Of a stretch of 20,000 nt of DNA, positions 15,289 to 20,000 are shown piece after piece. The notes below the pieces were generated by a model. That model was not told where the DNA came from. It saw only the letters and a list, made by a program, of their open reading frames with translations, and did no database searches. The position numbers and the translations under genes are program-made. Numbering within the stretch: position 1 is the stretch's first letter; each line of letters opens with the position of its first letter. Source of the stretch: an uncultured virus (IMG/VR IMGVR_UViG_3300021087_000011). Taxonomy: Duplodnaviria; Heunggongvirae; Uroviricota; Caudoviricetes. The DNA lies in the IMG/VR virus record IMGVR_UViG_3300021087_000011; one strand, written 5' to 3'.

Positions 15289-16749
15289 ATGCCTGGCGTA
15301 ACGATTTCAACTGCAACACGAAGTGGCCCAATCGGGAACACTATTCGGCCATCCTCGCAGGCTTTTTTCTGCGGGCTTGCCGATCGAGGCCCGACCAACA
15401 AGGCCACGCTCTGTGCGAGCCTTTTGGACTTTGAGTCCGTTTATGGTCAATACCAGTCTTATTCGTACTTGCATCCAACTGTGGAGACCTTCTTTGAAGA
15501 GGGTGGTTCACAGTGCTGGATTAGCCGTGTTGCCGGTCCATCGGCCACTACAGGGTTTGTAACCCTGACCGACGGATCCAACGACACGGTTACTTTCACC
15601 GCCAACGGTCCCGGTGCGTGGAGTTCCGCTCTGTCAGTTAGCACTGCCGTAGGTAGTGTCGCCAACAGCAAGACTGTCACCCTTTCTCTTAGTGGCACAG
15701 CAATCTTCGTAGCCAACGACACTACGGCTAGCGATCAGATCGTCAGCAAGTTCTCCGCCAGCGCCATCGCCTCCTACTACGTCACAGTGACGGATGAGGG
15801 TGGCGGATTGGTGGACACCTACAGTAGCGAACAGAACCTTGCAGCGGGCGACGATGACCGCTCCAACGTGACCTCTGCACACTATGTTGCCGGCCTAACA
15901 AACTTCAACGACGCTTATGGTGTCGGCGCTGTTTCGTGTCCGGAATCAGAGGTTCAGGCCGTGTACCAAGGTCTGCTCGCTCACGCTAATACTCACAACA
16001 GGATCGCAATCATCCACTCGGCGGCGGCACAAACTGTCGCTCAGGCCGAAACCCTCGGAATCACAATCCGAGGCAACGAGTCCAACACCGAACACGGTGC
16101 GCTCTACTGGCCTTGGGTCAATGTTCCAACTTCTCTCGTCGGTGTTACTCGCAAGATTCCACCGGACGGATATGTTGCAGCCGCTCGGGCACGCGCCCAC
16201 AACGGCAAAGGCTCCCATCAACCGGGTGCAGGCACCATTTCTATCGCTAAATGGGTTTCTTCGCTTGAAACCGAAGCCAACGCAGCATCAGGTAATGCCC
16301 TGGACTTCGACAATGTCAACTGCCTTCGGGTTATTGACGGAGCCGTCCGGGTCTACGGAGCGCGCTCCCTGTCAAACGACACAGCGAACTTCCGATACAT
16401 CACATCACAGGACACAATCAATGGCATCGTTTACGACGCCAACAAGGCTCTAGAAGAGTTGGTCTTCAGTGTTATCGACGGTCGCGGAAACATTTTCGCC
16501 GCTGTTCAGGCACGGTTGGTCGCCATTCTGGAACCACGCCGAATCAGTGGGGCTCTATACGAAGCCTTCGATCAGATCGGCAAGCGAATCGACATGGGTT
16601 ACACCGTCAAGTGCGACACGGGCCTCAACCCCGCTACACAGTTGGCTGATGGACTCGTGAAGGCAAAGATCGGCGTTCGCGTGTCTAGCGTCGGCGACCA
16701 GATCAATGTCGATATCGTCAAGAGCAACCTCACCACTTCAGTGGTGTAG
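15289..16749 (+). CDS. Contractile tail sheath protein
   Basis: MPGV, F.G...RGP, FFEEGG..CWI.RV, A..PGAW, RIAII, ALYWPWV, IPP.GYVA, VNCLR, VYGARSL, LVF..ID. Confidence 0.93.
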   Translation: MPGVTISTATRSGPIGNTIRPSSQAFFCGLADRGPTNKATLCASLLDFESVYGQYQSYSYLHPTVETFFEEGGSQCWISRVAGPSATTGFVTLTDGSNDTVTFTANGPGAWSSALSVSTAVGSVANSKTVTLSLSGTAIFVANDTTASDQIVSKFSASAIASYYVTVTDEGGGLVDTYSSEQNLAAGDDDRSNVTSAHYVAGLTNFNDAYGVGAVSCPESEVQAVYQGLLAHANTHNRIAIIHSAAAQTVAQAETLGITIRGNESNTEHGALYWPWVNVPTSLVGVTRKIPPDGYVAAARARAHNGKGSHQPGAGTISIAKWVSSLETEANAASGNALDFDNVNCLRVIDGAVRVYGARSLSNDTANFRYITSQDTINGIVYDANKALEELVFSVIDGRGNIFAAVQARLVAILEPRRISGALYEAFDQIGKRIDMGYTVKCDTGLNPATQLADGLVKAKIGVRVSSVGDQINVDIVKSNLTTSVV

Positions 16750-16763
16750 ACGGAGGTACTTAA

Positions 16764-17264
16764 ATGCCACATGGTGGACCACATAAACTTTCACAGCGCC
16801 AGATCGTCTGTAACATCGTTCGCGAGGATGACACACTTCCTTCGTGGGGCGAGTTCCTGTTCGCTCAGGTCTCTGGTGGCGAAATCACTGCAGCCGTAGA
16901 GAAGGTCTATGCCGGCGGTGACCAATTCCCAACAGTATTGTGCGCTCCTTATGAAATTGGAGACGTAACTGTCACAGCCCACATGGATGACTACGAAGAG
17001 CAAAGCACTGATCCCGGCATGGGTGGTGCAGGTGTTGCCGTGAAACTGGCAACTCTCAGGGAAAAAGTCGGACGGGCTTACTACACTCTCAACGTGTATC
17101 TAACTGACTGCGACATCAAGATCACCGGAACTGACCGACAATACACTAATGCCCTACTTGTGGGTATTACTGAGCCTGAAGGTGATGCTTCTTCTGGAGC
17201 ACCAGCAACCTTCTCTCTAACCTTCGCCTGTCAGGGTGTTACTTCTAACCTAGCATCACACTAA
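16764..17264 (+). CDS. Tail tube protein
   Basis: 166 aa directly after the sheath, GGAGG RBS, F...SGGEI......Y..GG, DVTV, P..DA.S......LTF. Confidence 0.82.
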   Translation: MPHGGPHKLSQRQIVCNIVREDDTLPSWGEFLFAQVSGGEITAAVEKVYAGGDQFPTVLCAPYEIGDVTVTAHMDDYEEQSTDPGMGGAGVAVKLATLREKVGRAYYTLNVYLTDCDIKITGTDRQYTNALLVGITEPEGDASSGAPATFSLTFACQGVTSNLASH

Positions 17265-17268
17265 TTCT

Positions 17269-17283
17269 TCCCGATTATCGGGA
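17269..17283. repeat. Perfect 7-bp inverted repeat TCCCGAT-T-ATCGGGA (weak terminator or operator)
   Basis: Lies 4 nt after the tube stop and upstream of the chaperone promoter; no long U-tract follows. Confidence 0.4.
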
Positions 17284-17307
17284 GTTACTGTGGCGAGGTT
17301 AAGGGTG

Positions 17308-17323
17308 TGCTAGTTTCTCGCTT
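17308..17323 (+). promoter_or_regulatory. Extended -10 (TGCTAGTTT) in leaderless position
   Basis: TAGTTT (17311-17316) lies 7 nt before ATG 17324, with no SD. Confidence 0.5.
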
Positions 17324-17869
17324 ATGAGCACAGAACTATACACTGACGAATCCTCTGAGGATAAGCCCGCGAAGAAGGCCGCTACGGCCGCTCCAAAGGT
17401 TCCAGACGCCCCAGAGCCGAACATCCTTGACCGTCTGAAGGAAACGATCTCAAAGGAAGTCGAACGACCCGTCGTTCTACTTGAGGTTCCCGAGCGTGAT
17501 GGGGTGATGATTCGCATCAGTCCCAATATCAACCAGTCGAAGATGCGCAATTGGCGCAAGCAGGCTGGCGAGGAAACCAAGAACGGGCTGGATCCCACAA
17601 AATTCGCCTGTTATGTCGTCGGACATACAACTGTCGGTATCGAAATGGACGGCGAAGAGGTTATGGATGACGATGGTTATCCCATGAACTTCGCTTCCGC
17701 TGCGGTTCTCAAGATGACAAGCGCTAGCCGTCCTGTGCCTGACGCCGTTCGCAACTTTTTTGGGAACGATCCTCACGTTGAATCAGCCGCCTTGGCTGTT
17801 CTGGAGGCTGCAGGATTCTCTGATGTTGTTGACACGGTGGACCCTACGAACGAATCTTCGATCTCCTAG
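17324..17869 (+). CDS. Tail assembly chaperone (gpG-like)
   Basis: 181 aa between tube and tape measure, ending ...VDPTNESSIS, followed by an overlapping open -1 frame. Confidence 0.78.
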   Translation: MSTELYTDESSEDKPAKKAATAAPKVPDAPEPNILDRLKETISKEVERPVVLLEVPERDGVMIRISPNINQSKMRNWRKQAGEETKNGLDPTKFACYVVGHTTVGIEMDGEEVMDDDGYPMNFASAAVLKMTSASRPVPDAVRNFFGNDPHVESAALAVLEAAGFSDVVDTVDPTNESSIS

Positions 17870-18030
17870 CCGAAGATTCATATATAAAGTCGGCAGCAAG
17901 ACTGTCGGAAGCGTTTTCTACTAGTCCTGTAGAACTTTTGAAATCTGACGACTTCGAATGGGCTGTTCTACTGGCCTGTGCTAAAGTTATACAGGATGAC
18001 CGGGAAAAACAAGAACGGGAGAATCAATAG
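17833..18030 (+). CDS. Frameshift extension of the tail chaperone (gpT-like, -1 frame)
   Basis: Open frame with no ATG: GPYERIFDLLAEDSYIKSAARLSEAFSTSPVELLKSDDFEWAVLLACAKVIQDDREKQERENQ*. It overlaps the chaperone 3' end by 37 nt. Confidence 0.7.
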   Translation, partial: HGGPYERIFDLLAEDSYIKSAARLSEAFSTSPVELLKSDDFEWAVLLACAKVIQDDREKQERENQ

Positions 18031-18074
18031 GGCTCCTTGTATCTAACCGGCTCTGAGTCCTCTTTGGAGCGCAT

Positions 18075-20000
18075 ATGGCCGATGTAAATCTTGTAGTAAG
18101 AGCCCATCTGCGCGGCGAGCGGGAACTCAACAAGGCTGAACGCAAACTACTTAGAATCGCCGTTGCGGCCAAAACCGCTGATAATAATATGGCGAGTCTT
18201 GGCGCCTCTTCTCAGAAGTTCGCCAAATCTCTGAATCAAACCACTGAACGATTCACCCGGATCATGACCGACTGGGACAAGATGGTCAAAGGGTTCGGTT
18301 CTTTGATCACAAAAGTACTCGGCGCTGCAACCAAGTTCATGGTTGTTGAGTTTGCTGCAGTCGCAGCATCAATGATTGTTGTTCATGGCCTATTCAAAAT
18401 CGGCCGATGGTTAATGAAGGGGTATCACGGCGCCATCAAGATGGTCGCTGGCGCAGCAACAGGTGCCGCTGCGGCCCTGGCAGTTCTTTCTTCCGCTATC
18501 CGCGAACAGCAAGCCGCCATGTTTTCCTATAAGGGCTTGGAAAAGAACTATAAAGATCTTAAGGGTGGAATTGCTGCTGTAAGAATGGAAATGCGCGGCA
18601 TGGCTACGGATGTCACGATGGCATCCATGGGTATTGAGAACCTCAACACCATCTTTGCTGGTGCCAGCCAGCGAGGCAACTTCAGCAAAAGCCTAACCAA
18701 GGGCTTGATGGATATCGCCGCTGCAGGTCAACCTCTCGAACAGGCCGCAAAGTGGCTGGGTGAAGTTGTCGGCATTCTGACCGACCCCAAAGCGAACTGG
18801 AGCGAAGTTCGAAAAGCCTTCGAGGGTATGGGCAAGATGGGGGAAGAAACTTGGAAGAAACTTGCCGGACGAGGCATCAACTCGATCGCCAAACTACAGA
18901 GCGCTATCCGAACCGGCCTCATATCTGAAATCGCTGGCGTTGAAGGTCAATGGGATGCTGTTTCTGGAACATTAGTTAGCAGATTCAAAGCCGCTTTCAC
19001 CATTATTCGTACTGATTTTGCTGACATTGGCGATGCTTTCCTTGGGGACACCAAGATGGCCCTTGATGAGGTCACACAGATTTTCCGCCGCTTGCTGTTC
19101 AGAATCCGTGGTGATGTCATCAGGTTCGGGAAGGGTGGCCTTCTCGGCGGCATGGTGGACGCGATGGAGGCGATTGAAAGGAACATGGTCAAACTTGTCG
19201 ACAAGTGGCTGCCTATGGCAGAGGGCATGTTTGGGCGGATAGCCGATTGGTGGGATCGATTCACCGACGGATGGAAGAAGGTTACGTCTTCACTTGCTCC
19301 TTTGCTTTCTGCTGCCAAGGTTCTTGAAGACATGTTTATGAACATTCTTCGTCCGGTGGGCGATTATCTCAGTGAATCATTCAGAAATTTGAGAGTTTTC
19401 TTGATTGATTCCAAAAAAGACTTTTTGGCACATGGCACTGCAATTGGAGATCTTCTCACAGCACTTCTTAGTTTTAAAACGGCATGGACGACAATGTTCC
19501 AAGATGCAATGCCGTTTATCAATAAACTTATCGATGGCGTAACCGAGTTGGTTAATTTGTTTACCGGCCTATCAAAGAGCCTCGGTGGTGTTGTCAAGAC
19601 CATAGGCAATGTCGGTCAAGGTATCGGTGGTGGCTTGGGCGGTTCTGGTGGTTCCGGTGGGTTTGGCCCCTTCTTGATGATGATGGGGATGAGGCAGGGG
19701 TTTAAGCAGATAGGGGAGCGAAACAAGGGGACGTGGAGAGAGCAGGGATTAAATCTCAAAAACCTCCAAAACATGAATGTGACTTCCGCAAACGTCAACA
19801 TTAATGGCCAACCTGTGGGCGGACCCTCAACTGGCGGTAAGTCTCTTTCGGATTATGGTTATGCCCCAAGCGCAGCCGCAATCGGCCAGAAAAGCGCGGG
19901 AGCGGCCGCGGCCGCAGGCACTAGTTTTCATCGTGAGCCGGGCTTCATAGGACCCCCGGATCCCCGTCGCCGGCCACTCTTTGGTGCGTCTGACTATCTC
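18075..20000 (+). CDS. Tape measure protein (3' end runs off the window)
   Basis: Manual translation from ATG 18075 (GGAG RBS): MADVNLVVRAHLRGERELNKAERKLLRIA... The frame is open to the window end (642 codons), is Ala/Gly-rich amphipathic helical with hydrophobic stretches, and follows the chaperone. Confidence 0.88.
   Translation, partial: MADVNLVVRAHLRGERELNKAERKLLRIAVAAKTADNNMASLGASSQKFAKSLNQTTERFTRIMTDWDKMVKGFGSLITKVLGAATKFMVVEFAAVAASMIVVHGLFKIGRWLMKGYHGAIKMVAGAATGAAAALAVLSSAIREQQAAMFSYKGLEKNYKDLKGGIAAVRMEMRGMATDVTMASMGIENLNTIFAGASQRGNFSKSLTKGLMDIAAAGQPLEQAAKWLGEVVGILTDPKANWSEVRKAFEGMGKMGEETWKKLAGRGINSIAKLQSAIRTGLISEIAGVEGQWDAVSGTLVSRFKAAFTIIRTDFADIGDAFLGDTKMALDEVTQIFRRLLFRIRGDVIRFGKGGLLGGMVDAMEAIERNMVKLVDKWLPMAEGMFGRIADWWDRFTDGWKKVTSSLAPLLSAAKVLEDMFMNILRPVGDYLSESFRNLRVFLIDSKKDFLAHGTAIGDLLTALLSFKTAWTTMFQDAMPFINKLIDGVTELVNLFTGLSKSLGGVVKTIGNVGQGIGGGLGGSGGSGGFGPFLMMMGMRQGFKQIGERNKGTWREQGLNLKNLQNMNVTSANVNINGQPVGGPSTGGKSLSDYGYAPSAAAIGQKSAGAAAAAGTSFHREPGFIGPPDPRRRPLFGASDYL

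Noticed and set aside
17987..19801. Minus-strand ORFs over the right end
   Set aside because: Antisense shadows of the uninterrupted plus-strand tape measure frame.
15289..20000. Tailocin/eCIS or gene transfer agent instead of a phage
   Set aside because: Terminase, portal, protease, neck and recombination genes are all present and no host housekeeping genes appear in the window.
1..20000. Alternative genetic code (stop-codon reassignment)
   Set aside because: All recognisable genes are full length in code 11, and TAA, TAG and TGA are each used as real stops.

Overview
This window is a gene-dense piece of a tailed dsDNA phage with an HK97-type head and a contractile tail (myovirus). The host is probably actinobacterial, possibly Acidimicrobiia; that is an inference. 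The minus strand (1-4256) carries a small membrane protein, an extended portal, and a >676-aa prohead protease polyprotein that the ORF track missed and that contains a ParB/Srx-like domain. The plus strand starts with a large terminase transcribed divergently from the portal. It is followed by a tightly coupled block: Rad52/Sak annealase, RecB/Cas4-like nuclease, HNH, RuvC-like resolvase, and a ParB + PAPS-reductase-like (IbrA/YbdN) + ParB (IbrB/YbdM) module. Neck genes, tail sheath, tube, a tail chaperone with a probable -1 frameshift extension, and the 5' part of the tape measure gene come last. The most interesting signals are the protease-cargo polyprotein with candidate Lys cleavage sites, the three-gene ParB/PP-loop module (a possible DNA-modification system), and a hairpin that covers both a promoter and an RBS in front of an Arg-rich micro-protein at the start of the neck/tail genes. 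All family calls come from reading motifs by eye; no database search was run.
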